A DNA stretch of 38,267 bases from an uncultured Prevotellaceae bacterium. GTDB lineage: Bacteria > Bacteroidota > Bacteroidia > Bacteroidales > Bacteroidaceae. Shown here piece after piece: positions 37,989 through 38,267 of the stretch. Every line of letters starts with the position of its first letter. The stretch's first letter is position 1. Where the stretch lies: the NCBI GenBank assembly GCA_900313715.1, contig OMSH01000183.1, forward strand, positions 1-38,267. Direction: 5' to 3'. The translations under genes were made by a program, and so were the position numbers. A model generated the notes under the pieces. The model was not told where the DNA came from. It saw only the letters and a list, made by a program, of their open reading frames with translations, and did no database searches.

Positions 37989-38018
37989 TTTGGTGTTTAA
38001 TAAAAAAGCCTAATTTTG
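37989..38018 (+). promoter_or_regulatory. Promoter for the 38079 ORF
   Basis: TTTG-N18-TAATTTTG. Confidence 0.6.
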
Positions 38019-38078
38019 TGACCGTACTCCCGAATTTCTTATAAAATTTGGGAATACAGTAACAATATTAAAGGCATT

Positions 38079-38267
38079 ATGTACAAGAGAATCTTCGATA
38101 TTGAGAACAAGTTAGACGAGGGTATGTTCCTATTCGGGGCACGCCAGACAGGCATCAGTGCCACCACTTTCAGCGACCTGCTGCATGGTCGCAGAGCATT
38201 GAGTTTCGACATTGCCCGCAGCCTACGCAAGGTGCTGGGGGTGCCTGCTGATATCGTGCTGGCATAA
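38079..38267 (+). pseudogene. Chimeric ORF: AAA-ATPase N-terminus cut within Walker A, fused to the C-terminus of an XRE/HigA-like HTH protein
   Basis: MFLFGARQTG (GxRQxGKS/T expected) continues as GISATTFSDLLHGRRALSFDIARSLRKVLGVPADIVLA. Confidence 0.7.

Noticed and set aside
22674-38267. Genomic island integrated at tRNA-Asp
   Set aside because: No integrase and no duplicated tRNA 3' end seen, and the accessory genes lie on the tRNA's 5' side.

Overview
Chromosomal window from a Bacteroidales bacterium, inferred from Bacteroidetes TTTG...TAnnTTTG promoters, DUF3078/DUF4421-like barrels and the gene order rseC-rnfBCDGEA. Positions 1-23.9 kb are mostly housekeeping: GH27 alpha-galactosidase lipoprotein (partial), GNAT, POT peptide transporter, uvrA, LysM protein, OM barrel, a degenerate serine recombinase, the Rnf operon (RnfB has a duplicated Fe-S domain), yidC, a Tat-type phosphoesterase, tRNA-Asp and a lipid kinase. 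The best candidate for an undescribed system is a tightly coupled minus-strand operon at 23.9-32.7 kb. It encodes a REC-PP2C phosphatase, a membrane-anchored coiled-coil/WD40 protein, a beta-propeller sensor whose H-box His is replaced by Asp, a paralogous sensor-less His kinase with an intact H-box, and a TonB-dependent receptor with a TPR-like N-terminus. The last 4 kb is a decaying accessory region: two paralogous double-glycine-leader Cys-containing peptide genes (one with an internal TAG), an IS3 element inserted in the loop of their terminator, an orphan SPASM-like fragment, a MATE-HATPase fragment and an AAA-ATPase/HTH chimera. All family calls come from motif recognition by eye; no database searches were run.
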